A stretch of DNA of 64,000 nucleotides from Mytilus trossulus (lineage: Eukaryota), in assembly GCF_036588685.1 (NCBI RefSeq), contig NC_086375.1, positions 1,116,001 to 1,180,000 on the forward strand, in the 5' to 3' direction. How positions within the stretch are numbered: the stretch's first letter is position 1; each line of letters opens with the position of its first letter. The notes under the pieces are model-generated. The model had not been told where the DNA came from. It saw only the letters and a program-made list of their open reading frames with translations, and searched no databases. Position numbers and translations under genes: made by a program. Shown in pieces: positions 25,592 through 37,594 of this stretch.

Positions 25592-26210
25592 GTAAGCAAC
25601 AATATTTAAAACTTTGAAAGTTTAATAATTTAAACTGATGAAGTGATGAAAAGTATCACGATTTATTGATGTTATTCTTGGATAGTATGTATTTAAAAAG
25701 TTGTGTAAATAAATGTCAATATTATTGGAATTATTTTATCTTAAAATTATAATATCTTTACTAAGAATCAATTCTCGATTTGAATTATGGTTTATCAATA
25801 TTGCAAACATGTTGACAAAGTTTATTTCAACGTTTGAAACCGAAATCAATTTCGTAGTCTTTTAATTTCAAATAGTGTTATAATGTTATTGTAGTAAATT
25901 CGAACTTCGAACGCTGTTGTTATGCTATTTTTGTTTGCGTATGCAAATGAATATGTCAGATTAACATTTAAAACATTATCCCCGTTGATTTACTTAAGTA
26001 TTTCATTTAAAAAAGGATTTATTATAGATTTTTTTATATCGGTCTTTTCAATACGCTATTATCTGGTCATTTAATATCCCGTCAAATCGCCTTACACACA
26101 AGTACACTTTAATCTCTCGTGTATTATCAACCACCTTGCAGATAAGACACCTTGTTTCAAGATGAAATAAGCAAGCACATGTTATAGCCTTGTTTTATTT
26201 ATAATTGTAG
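25592..26210 (+). other. Single GT-AG phase-0 intron (619 bp) of the ZFP36-family gene
   Basis: GTAAGC donor and T-rich tract + TAG acceptor; splicing joins the two exons in frame. Confidence 0.9.
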
Positions 26211-27287
26211 AATCGCAGAAACCAACAGATGAAACAGTTCAATGAAAGAAGGGCTACAATTGGTGCTATGGTGTCTAGAAATGTAAATACACATGGTATG
26301 CCTTCAAATTCGTTCATTACAATTACACAACAGAATGGTGTTTCAACAGATCTTAATCAGAATGAGAATTTACATCGCAAGTTGGATAGGAGTATAAGTG
26401 AACCGATCGGTGACCGAGCTTTGAACAGTTTGAGTATTCAGAGGAATAATGTTAACTCGAGCCGTTACAAAACAGAATTGTGCCGACCTTTCGAGGAAAG
26501 TGGTCATTGTAAATATGGGGATAAGTGTCAATTTGCTCACGGTGGACATGAACTTCGTACATTGAATCGTCATCCCAAGTACAAAACAGAACTTTGCCGT
26601 ACATTCCATACAATTGGATTTTGTCCGTATGGACCTAGGTGTCATTTCGTTCACAACGAAGATGACCAGAAGTTGGCCGAGATGGTCAAGAATCATGAAG
26701 CCATGTTGGCAGCACGTCGCAATCCATCTTCATCCTCAGCATCAACAAACAATTCCGCAAGAAGACCTTCAAATATTTCATTCGCAGGATCTGATTACAG
26801 CCCTCCGTCCAGTGACAGTCCGAGTCTTAGTCCGGCTTCCAGTGACGACTTCAGCCGTCTTTCATCTTGTTCAAGTAGTATGTCTGGAAATTCATCTACT
26901 TCCAGCAGCCCTGTGTTCAATTATTCCGCTGATCTTCAGACAATTGCTTCATTGCTTCAGCCTTTGAATGTTCAAACTCAAATGAACAATGTAAATAACT
27001 CTTCAATTGACTCTTTGAGCCAGCAGCTTAATGCAATTTTGAACTTGTCGTATCAACAACGCAATATGAACAACAACCACAACGTGTTCGGGGATTCATG
27101 GGACGTGACACCAGCACCCCCTTCCCCTCCAGATAGTATCTCAGGCGATAGTGTGGGCAGTGCTAGCAGCTTAAGTAGTAGTGGCAGCTTTTCCTCATCT
27201 CAAAACACTTACGGGTCTCCATTAGACATTAGCAAGCAGTTGCAGATTCGACTTCCAATATTTAACACGCTTTCCCAGGACGATTAA
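26211..27287 (+). CDS. ZFP36L: ZFP36/TIS11-family gene, coding exon 2: tandem CCCH zinc-finger mRNA decay activator (ZFP36L1/L2-like); spliced protein 376 aa
   Basis: Acceptor ttgttttatttataattgtAG ends at 26210, and AAT CGC AGA AAC CAA CAG runs in frame into ATG 26229. Two CX8CX5CX3H fingers with RYKTEL/KYKTEL lead-ins, a DRSISEP motif, a Ser-rich region and C-terminal [12 protein letters not shown] (CNOT1-binding motif). Confidence 0.97.
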   Translation, partial: NRRNQQMKQFNERRATIGAMVSRNVNTHGMPSNSFITITQQNGVSTDLNQNENLHRKLDRSISEPIGDRALNSLSIQRNNVNSSRYKTELCRPFEESGHCKYGDKCQFAHGGHELRTLNRHPKYKTELCRTFHTIGFCPYGPRCHFVHNEDDQKLAEMVKNHEAMLAARRNPSSSSASTNNSARRPSNISFAGSDYSPPSSDSPSLSPASSDDFSRLSSCSSSMSGNSSTSSSPVFNYSADLQTIASLLQPLNVQTQMNNVNNSSIDSLSQQLNAILNLSYQQRNMNNNHNVFGDSWDVTPAPPSPPDSISGDSVGSASSLSSSGSFSSSQNTYGSPLDISKQLQIRLPIFNTLSQDD

Positions 27288-27307
27288 TTTTTATGTTTTG
27301 TTCCGTG

Positions 27308-27340
27308 TAATTTATATTTATTATTTAATTTATTATTTGA
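27308..27340 (+). promoter_or_regulatory. AU-rich element cluster in the ZFP36-family 3'UTR
   Basis: Four ATTTA pentamers (27310, 27316, 27323, 27328), including TATTTATT at 27315-27322, about 20 nt after the stop. Further TATTTAT heptamers near 27673, 27851 and 27896. Confidence 0.7.
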
Positions 27341-27884
27341 CAATTTGACATTGATTTACGCGTTTGGTAAATTAATGCCACTTTAAAAGTGGAGTTTTTT
27401 ACTTGACTATTTGCGGGACCTCGTAAAACAACTTTCATTTTTTGTGCCACTGAAAGTGGGATGTTCTTTAATTAGGTTTGTCCTTCATGTTGATAGGGCA
27501 TTTTTAAAGTTATTAATTCCAGTTCTTGTTGAGTATAATAGTATTATGTTTTTATACAACCCAAGAAACGGGTTTTTATACAAATGTGCTAGCTATTGAA
27601 AGAAAGTCCGCATTTCGTCCAATTAACTTTGCATTTTGGATGTAAATTTTTCATTTAGATGTTAATATTTGTTATTTATGAAACTATGCATTTTTCATAC
27701 TGACCAATAATTTTTGGCGTTCACGCTATAATAGTAAAATTGAATATATTTTTGTTTTATACAAGTTATGAAATCACCAAAGATGTCGTTATTATTAAAC
27801 TTTTCACCTTTTCCATGAGATCCATCTTGTTTATAATTCATATCATTTTGTATTTATATGGCAAGAGAGCCAATGTTTGAAAAC

Positions 27885-27988
27885 ATTAAAAATGTTATTT
27901 ATACCTGAATATTTTTTTTATTTTCATTCACTTCTCTCCAGCATTCCCACGCTTTGAAGAAAAGGCATGCAGGTCAACAGGAAATAAA
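27885..27988 (+). terminator. Candidate polyadenylation signals of the ZFP36-family gene
   Basis: ATTAAA 27885-27890 followed by a T-rich tract; AATAAA 27983-27988. Confidence 0.45.
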
Positions 27989-30900
27989 AATTACATTGTA
28001 ATAACATTGATAACGACCCATTCATAATTGACATCAATTTTGTTACATTGTAATTCTCTCAGACCCCGTCACAGTTCAATGGTTTCGATGCACCTGTTCG
28101 TAAATCTTGTGGTTTTAACAAAAGGTTCTATGGATTGATTTCTTGTGTCAATATTGGTTTTATGTTCTGGCATTTTTACTTGCACAAATAAATTATAAAC
28201 GAGATCTTTTTGTCCCAGGTGACGGATTTATTTTTTATTGTTTTGTTTTCTGCTGGGATTTTGGTTGACGATTTTGTTGTTTTCAAAAACGACAAAAATA
28301 ATGTGTCTGGGTTTTAATTGGTGAATGTCAAGGTTGGAAATTTTTCATTTTGAATGGGTTTTTGTTGGATCAAACTTCATTCCTTTAAACGACAGGATTT
28401 CCACATTGACCAAATTCAAACTAAATGCATTGTCAATTGAATTTGGTGATTTGTGTAGCGTATCATAACTTCAACAAATGAGTGAAACGGAAAAGTCTCG
28501 CAAAAATGAAACAAACAGAAGTCCGAGTTGTAACATATCATTTTAAAAATTCGATGAACTAGCATTTCCAGAGAAAAACCGTGTTTACAAATTACCGAAA
28601 TAAATGAGAGTTATAAGTTACAATTTTCTCTGAAATTGCTATTTAATGGAATCTTTAAAAAGTGTACATGACTATGTTCCCGGTGTGATTAATGAGTAGC
28701 GATATGTGTATTTGTCATATACAATGTATCATTTGGATTCATATTTGGTTTGAAAGGTCCAAAAGGGAAAATGCACTTTACTTCACCCTATACAGAAGTA
28801 CTCGGAAAAACATGACATTTAAAAAATCAATGTACAAATGATGCACAATACACGGACCATTTAGACCAGACCAAAACATTTAAAACATCGTCGTATAATT
28901 GAATCACATTACATGTATATATTATGTGTATTATGCACACACTTGAAAAAAACTTTTGTTGAAAAACATGGTTGATAGTAAGCGGAGTTGAATAGTTCAG
29001 TTGGGACAGAATTCACAATATTCGTTGTGTCGGGTCTTTGATTAATTAATAATCTGATATGGTCTTATCACTCATCTTCAAAGTTATCAAATTATCAACG
29101 AACTATGGCCACATTGTCATATAATGGCCGTGTTGTGCACTAAACATAAACAACTGTTTCAACAGTTTGACATTTAAATAGGATGCAGCTCGATGTTTGA
29201 CAAAAAAAGAACAAATCTTCTTCCAATGCTATCCAAATAAACGTTCGAATTTTCAACTATTGATAAAGTTGCAATTTCGTCGTCAATTGGTTTCTGGTGA
29301 TAAACCTATACACAACATACGTTCAAACTACAAATTAAAATAGGTCCGAACTGAAGCACACCGAGAAAAGTATTTTGCTCTGGCTAGGGAGAGAAACATG
29401 TATTTAAACGACAGTTTATGAAAAAAATGACCGTTATCGACCTTCTGATTTAAAGCAGTTTCTGAATGAACAAATGACCAACATATTGCGTCTGGATTGG
29501 TTTCTTCAACCTCTAAAAGACCAAAACCTAGTAATATTTAAAAAAAAAAATGTTTGGGACTATTGCACATACCATGTTCAATGTTGTGTCGCAGTGCAAC
29601 TCATTTAAATTGTCGCTTAAATCAAAATGAGATTTATGACATCGATTTACAAAGTTGAAGAGATACCATAAAAAGGGGGGGAATCGCTCGCTTCTGTTGC
29701 TATGCATACTAAATTTTTAAATTCATTTTTACTTTTGTACACTAAGATAAGATATATTTTATTTCAAATCACACTATTGTTATATAAATCGAGTTAATAA
29801 TACATGTAGTCACATATCAAAACATCTATGTTTAGTGATTATTGACCATGCCCCAGAAGCAGCATCACATCCTTTATAGAAAAAAAAACTATAAGTATCT
29901 TGCTTGAGATGCGAACAAATCAATTATTATCCATCATTAGAGTCTAAACTTTATCTTTTCAAAGTGCATGCACTAATGTCAAATGCAGGAATACGGAAAT
30001 AAGAAAAAAAACAACTTGTAAATGAATTCTGCATTATACATTCTTGACCTTAAAGTTGAACCCGGAATAACCACGAAAAGTGTCAACAAAAATGCATATG
30101 GGTCATAAAAAAGTTCATCTGTAAAGATTAATGTCTACGGTAAAAAATGGACGTAGTACTTATATACATAATAACCCTGGATTAAACTATGACATATGTA
30201 TATATGCAAGAAACCCGTTTTTACGCAAACAATCTCTCGTAAATTTGATTTATTTTCAATCTGAAGTTTATATATTTGTATGTGTTTACATGTTTTCTCT
30301 CTACCTACGGCTAGTGATGTGTATTGGAATCCATCCATCACTTCACGGTAGGAAATGTCATCCTGCAATACACAACTGGACTATGTGTGACGTAAAGCGA
30401 CAGTCGTTCGTCATCTTGCTTCATAAAACTTACATAGGTGCCATCATAGTCGCCTGCCTGACCGCGACCTTAAGTACAAATAAATATATGACTATAATTG
30501 TATATTTGTTTATATACTATGTATGTAGATGAATACCTTGGTATGTGACCTTATGGGGTAACGATACAATGCAATGAAATATGCATATTTTACTTATATT
30601 ATGTACCATTGATAGAAGTACTAGTGTCGTTCATGTTGAAATGTCTGACTTTCATTGTTTATTTCTTCATGTGTCAAGCTGCTATGTATGAATATAACAT
30701 AGAAAAAAACTATTACAACTAAACAATAATACTATATACTTTTATTGTTGAAAACACGAAAACAAAAAACAAACAAACTAGTGACAAACAAAATTCATTC
30801 TGCACGAAAAATACATTTTCAACAAAATAACAACATAAAAACGTAAAATCTGCCAATTATTCACACGATTCTGGTTGTTATTTTATTCAGCGTTAATGAC

Positions 30901-30999
30901 ATATCCTAAATTTGAAAAGCGGCTGGATCTGTGTCTGTCCAAGTTCACAAAAAATAAGCTTTGAAGAATCATAGTTGATAAAATAGCTTTTGTTTCATA

Positions 31000-31430
31000 G
31001 CCTTGCAATCTTCCAATCCCTTTTTATCTCACAACCATCATTCCTTTCGCCAAAAACTCCTTGCCTCTAAACCATTCAAAACTTTCGTTCTCAAAATGAC
31101 TCTCTATTCCGAAAAAAAAATGTTCTCAAAACCCCTCTTTATGACGCAACCTTTAGTTCTAAAAACGACTTCTTGCCACACATGCAACCTTTCGCATCAT
31201 AACTTCTTGTCCCATTTCTCTTCTCACCGAAAACCCTCCACGACGATCACTATATTACAACCAAACCCCTCCTTCCCACTCAACCCTTTGCTCATAAAAA
31301 ATCCCTTCTTTACTCACAACCTTTAAAACCCATACACCTCCTTGACCAACAATCTTTTGTTTGAAAATACCTTCTCGACTTATAACCTTTCGCCTCTCAA
31401 ACCATTTCTTACCTCACCTATTTTCCTATA
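31000..31430. repeat. Decayed C-rich tandem repeat (about 34-bp ghost period)
   Basis: Recurrent AAAACCCCTCCTT...CTCACAACCTTT(CG); strong C-over-G skew on +. Confidence 0.6.
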
Positions 31431-34400
31431 CCCAAAGCGCGAACTATCTTTCCCTTTGCACATTGCGATATATGGGGGGGGGGGGGGGGTCAAAAAATTA
31501 TACATGAAATAGTTATTACGAAGAATCTCTACGTATCAACACTCCCTAACTAAATAAAAAACCATGCACCTGCACAGTTGTGAATGGTTCACGTATGACA
31601 TGAAAATAGTGCTAATAAGTTTACCCTTTTGAATCTTCGTCGAAGATGACCCAAGTCAGGCGTTTGTTGGACGCGATTCAAAACGGGAATAAGGTCAAAA
31701 ACGTTTTTCTTGAAGGACTTCAATGATGACATTAGTTAAGAATATAATTTACTTCTTTGGTGCACGTCGGGTACGGCCTACTGGCCTTTTACGACCAGCT
31801 CTGAATTAATCTCGGAGTTATGGTTATTGTTTGTTTTATGTATTAGTTATCTGTGTATTGTGTCATGGATTGCAGCTTTTGTTTTGTTTTGTTTATGGTG
31901 TTGTCTCACTCGGTCTTTGTCGACTGATGGTAGCCGGTTTCCCCTTTCACCTCTTTTGGTATATTTGTGTTTTATGTATGTGTTTCAAAAAGAACTAATA
32001 GCCATTTAAGTTAACTTTAAACTTGACTACGTTCCAACTTGAAAACTGTAACTTGTTTGACTGGCGGCCGGTCAGATAAAATTAACGGTCAAGAAATCTA
32101 GTTGCCGAGGGTAAACATAAAAAATGTCAACCATCAAAACATATTGTTTACGCTATGGTGAATGCACGACAATAAGATATGCAAATGAGATGTCATCTTT
32201 GTTAATTTATGACTAGTCTTGTCAGTGTAATAAAGTTTGCTGAACAAGGGATTTTGGCCAGTGTATTTATACATGTCACGGAGGCAAACATGCTTAATTT
32301 TCAATAAAATTTAGCGATGTGATACATGTATATATCACGGCAAACACAGAACCTAACCGACAATACATATACTAGTATAAACAGGAGCGTACTGTATACA
32401 CGTGATCTATACATCATAAAGTTATCAATGCGATTTGAGGTCTGTTCGATTACAACGTGATGTAACGAGGTGGTGTTCCTTCTTACTAATTACAATGGGT
32501 CATTGAAAAAAAAATGAAACGGTTAAATATGCTTTTCTATTTTCTCAGAAACAGGGTAAACTTTCAGGAAAAAGATTTCCAATCGGTTTGGATCTCAAAG
32601 CATCTCTATTCAGCAGATATAATCACTTACAATTTTAAGACATGTTCTAGAACCCACATTGATGGATCCAATGAAAGGGGAAGATGTTCCGGGTGTAAAA
32701 TCAAACCTTTTCCATTTTTTTTTAATTCAGTATGTCAAAGTTTCATTGTGTATCAGTCTTTTGAACGCCTTTTCAAAATGGCTGGATTCACGGTGCTTAA
32801 GTCCATCGAGCACCACACCACTGGCACAGTATTCCAGAATTTGAGAAATTAAAGGTCGGAAAAGGTCGGAACTGTTCAGCCTTTTGATATACCGACTAAA
32901 ACATAGAAAAAAAAAAAATCTACTTCAAATTACATTTTCGAAAGTATGTCGTACATGTTTGTTTTGAATAATTGTAAGAAAATTGACAAGATAAAATTCC
33001 ACATTGTCAGATTGAGTAATAATATGATGTGATACATATCCAAGTTGTAATGTTGTTCTTTAATCAACACTTTATCGTCCCCAAAGGCAGTTTTATTTAA
33101 CGATATTTCGCTTGTCATACTTTAACGAACAATCCGCAAAGAAACTGTACGTTTTATTTAATTCAAATATGATTAAACATTTTTCCAAAACTTCTCTAGA
33201 AAAATAATAATATTAGATCTTTCTATGGAATTGAAAAATAGACAAACAAGTACTTAATGATACATCAGCTAAGACTAAGGTACATTTAGTTAAAATATTC
33301 TATTTCCCTAGGCATAAAGATGACAAATAAATGCTTATTGTCTCGAAAAAGATGATCGTACTTTTTGAACTGAGAATTCCCTAACATTACACATAAACAG
33401 TTATATTCATTCCAAGTCAATCACAGGCGCTATTTTGTGGAGTAAAAACAATCGGCCGGTTGTTGTTTGTTGTTGTTGTTTTTTTTTTTTTTGGGGGGGG
33501 GGGGGGGGGTTCGCTTCAATACTTAGTGTCATTGACTTCTAACTCAGTTGTTGGTTAAAAAACATGTCTGATACATTCTACGTCAATTGGTGTCTATAGT
33601 TGAAAGATGTCTCATTGGTAATCATACCATACCTCTCATTGTCATACTACCGTGACACATTTCTTGAACTAGTATTATGATATATGAGTGAGAATTATAC
33701 TACCAAGCGCAAGTTCCAGTTTCATCATTTGAATCATATTATTATGTTTTCAAACAGAAGAAATGTTTGTAAATAAGAAAGATTCACAAACGTTTTCTTG
33801 TGATCACACACGGTAGCTATAATATCAGGCATACCCATATCAAGTTAGGTGAGGATTCGAAAAGAAAAAAGAAACAACAACACAGATTTTGCCGGGTAAA
33901 ATCACAGCCTTAGTATATGATCTTTCAACTCCTTATTCCCAAGAGGACCTCAAACCCCCTCCCCACCTTTTACATCATATCCTGGATCAGCGTCTGATGT
34001 CTCAGATATACAGTCGGAAATGGCACAAAGAGTGAACATTAACAGGTAACACCACAGGATTAATATTCAAGGTTCTCTCGCCACACCTCTCCTTTACATT
34101 TCTTCCGACACCATTCACTTCGTTTTCTCGGGCTCTTACAAATTGCTCGAAGCCTTCAAAATTTCATACCTCTCCCTTCCCAGGTGCTAATTAACTGTTA
34201 TAGCATTAGAGACACCGCTAACCGTTAGATTAAAGAACTTGTGAAAATAGTGAAGTAACTTTACAATCAAATTATTTCATTGATAAACGATTAGTTTGGA
34301 AGAAAAGAAAAGCTCTGTGAATGTTTTATTGATTTATTACAAATAATGATGATTTCATAAATGAGCGGAAACATCAGAAAGTTTAAAGAAACAGTTTGGT

Positions 34401-36340
34401 GTAAAATACAAGTAGAACGGTGAATAGTTGCTATAAAACACGTATATACACAGAGAGCAAAGGAAGAGAACCATCAATACAAGAAGCGTAACGCGGATCT
34501 TGTAAAATATGTATGATTACATTGTATATGATTATCAGTCCTATTAATTTAAGGAAATCTGACTACTTAATCCCAATAGTTTTGGCGATAAGTTTATTGC
34601 TTGTTTTTTTCAGTTATTTTGCTGTATTTTGTAGATTGATTCCTATACACTCATAGACTAACCTTACTTATAAAGTTCTCGGTGTTGGGATGAAACATAC
34701 AAACCTTTCATCTTTAGACCAATTAAAGTTATGTGTTTTATAGCGAGGTTTTAAATTGTAACATTTTCTATACAAATCATTGTTTATTATGATTTTAAAA
34801 AGATCTAGTATCAGATATATTCACCGAGGATAATGAAAATATTTTTGTACGAGAAATAATCGGTGATATCAAACGTTACGAATGACCATGGCCAAACTAT
34901 AATGTCATATAAATTGTAATCTGGCCAAAATAATTCATTTTACAGTGCTATTGACCTTGATAGTTTACCTGAATAAGTATCTATCTATATACAATAAGGT
35001 ACATTCCGTGTATTTACTTCATATATATATAATATACATATACTTAATGTACAGGTATATTTATATATATGATGGATTTTTGCTGACACAGCGAAATGGC
35101 TAAAGGGGTAAAAAAAAAAGATCCATTTGTTTCACATTTTATGGCTTATAACAAGTTATAAGTTATGGAAAATCTTGAATTTCTGAATAACAGAATTGTT
35201 ATTACATTTCTCGTTAAGTTAAACGAATGAAAGGAAATGTACAATGGTCAAAGCACACCTGATCATTCTAAGCAACGTGACCTAGCATAAGAGAATTATA
35301 CGGATGTTAATTAAAATTGTATGACATAGTGTAGTACGGAGTTTGTGGTGAGTTTATAATCTGGGGTAAATTTACAATACAGAACATCAATTCTATAAAA
35401 ACTTGTCAGAAGTCCAAATTGATTTCATTATAATAACGAATTGATACATCTTCCCCAACTGCAAATGTCTTTCTAACACGGAAACATCAGGTTCGTCCGT
35501 ATCTGTATACACTATTACTATTGTCACAATGGTTTCAGTTAATAAGAAGACACAGGTGTATATTTCGTGTTCATATAAAATAATAATAATTTGATATCAT
35601 TTCAAATGTTCAACAGCCACCTGTATAGAAATGCAGAAATCTTACTTTATCGATCGTATCGGCTTTTATAGTATTCATACATACACCTTGAATAATTACC
35701 ACCATGAAAGCGAAGATGATTTCTTTAGTCCTTGAAACATAAGTCGAATTCCTTATGTAAAAAATGAACCACAGAGGCCATGATCGGGAACAAGTTCGAC
35801 TGATGTTTAAGCATACGGTATTGTAACATACAGTTATAAAAACCGCGTGCTAACAGAAATAATTTGATAGAAATTGAAAGGAAAAAGAAATAAAACGATA
35901 AAATAACTTCTATTCATTAAGGCCTCCAACACTGGAAAATAACTAAAACAACAATGTCGACAAAAAGCGTGTTCTTTTTTTTTATATTTCAAAAGGCAAA
36001 TGCATGCGTGCCTTTCGATGCAGTATCATATTTTTTCAATCCTATATGAAAGGGGATATAACTCTATATTACGTAATATATGAGGGGCTGTAACTCTATA
36101 TTAAGTAACGTATGAAACTCAGTTTGTTCAATGCTGAAGTGTGGCAGGATTTTACGATTTGGTTTCAATACCAGATACATGCGGATTAAGGGAGTTGCTT
36201 ATGGAGCCACATTTTAGTTCATGCATTGACTTTTTAATCCCACCGTCCTAACATTGTCTTGATATTGCCATATACCCTTTCCTCCATTTTCGAAATCCTG
36301 GATCCGCCGGCATTATCTGAATACTATATATACATATACG

Positions 36341-36405
36341 ATTTATTGCAAATATACGTAGACTATACATATACGATATATAGTCTACGTATATTTGCAA
36401 TAAAT
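36341..36405. repeat. Perfect 27-bp inverted repeat with an 11-nt spacer
   Basis: ATTTATTGCAAATATACGTAGACTATA (36341-36367) / TATAGTCTACGTATATTTGCAATAAAT (36379-36405). Confidence 0.92.
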
Positions 36406-37032
36406 GTATATAGAGTTTGTATATGTAAAATCTATAAATATAGATCTTGTAATTGATTGACTGTTTTTTTTCCCTTGAAATATATAATGACGCATATGAT
36501 ACATTTGTAAGGCAAAATAAGTTGAAATATTGATGTGTATTTTTCAAGTTCAAAAAGTGGATGCACATACAGGAAAAGGAGGGAACACTTTTAAAATCAT
36601 CAATTCAAAAGAAAGCTACGTTTATAGGCTTACAACTTGATCATGCAATGTCGAGCATCCCCAAAATTTGTTGTTTGGATTCTGTCATGTGCACAGAGAA
36701 ACACATTTCATAGCACGTGTCTTGAAATTAACATTCCCAAATCAAGATTTTGAAATATACCGAGAAAACTGATCTTTTTCATTTCTGTAAGATTATGGAC
36801 ATTATATATACATGTAAAATAGAGTACATTTAGTTTGTAAATCAAGTTACATTTCAATTAACTTGAATAGAAAAGTACATAACTTTATATGGTAGAATAT
36901 CTTACGCCAGAATACTAAAGTACTTTAAAATGAACAATGGGTCTCTTTTCTCGCGTTTTAATTCAGTATTTAATGAGGGACGAATAATGTTTCACTCTTA
37001 TCATGTCCAACTTAAATGATAATACTTGGATC

Positions 37033-37148
37033 CGAGGCCATCCAAATCCATCGCGTATACAGTCGCCTATTAAAGTGGTCTTATGAAATCGAGGCCATCC
37101 AAAATCCATCGCGAATATAGTCGCCCATTAAAGTGTTCTTATGAAATC
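37033..37148. repeat. Tandem duplication, period 57 bp
   Basis: CGAGGCCATCCAAA(A)TCCATCGCG...TTAAAGTG(G/T)TCTTATGAAAT twice. Confidence 0.9.
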
Positions 37149-37445
37149 AATCTATTTGCAAAGGGTCCTTGAAATATTTAAAATAGAATCTGAGTATGTA
37201 TATGTACGTGTCGACTTTAAATTATATTAGACTTTGATGAATGTCCAAGTGAAAATGAGGGACTTTTAGTTTTATCTTTATTATTAGCTCTTTTAAATTC
37301 TCAAGTAAGAACGTTTTCTAAATTATAAAATAGTCAAATTGTACGTTGTTTATGTTTGTATTTGTTGTGTTTTGGTTTTCTTGGGCTATTTACTGACCAG
37401 TTTACCAACATACATTGACCGCATTCTCTGTATGTATACCGTGTA

Positions 37446-37594
37446 CAGGGACGGATCCAGCCATTTTAAAAAGGGGGGTCCCAACACAGGACAAAAAAGG
37501 AGGGGTCCTACTATATGTTCCCATTCATATGCATTTATCGGCCAAAAACGGGGGTTCAACCCCCGGAACTCCCCCCTCTTTAGATCCGCCAATG
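37446..37594. mobile_element. MITE of the CAGGGGCGGATCC...GGATCCGCCACTG type with a 5-bp TSD
   Basis: TIRs CAGGGACGGATCCA / TAGATCCGCCAATG; GTGTA duplicated at 37441-37445 and 37595-37599. Related remnants at 36178-36312, 55297-55510 and 62363-62412. Confidence 0.8.

Noticed and set aside
26370-26967. Antisense ORF 26370-26696 and alternate-frame ORF 26614-26967
   Set aside because: Shadows of the GC-richer ZFP36 CDS; no independent support.
30131-31326. ORFs 30131-30532 and 31003-31326
   Set aside because: Low-complexity or AT-rich composition with no domains; the second is the decayed C-rich repeat.
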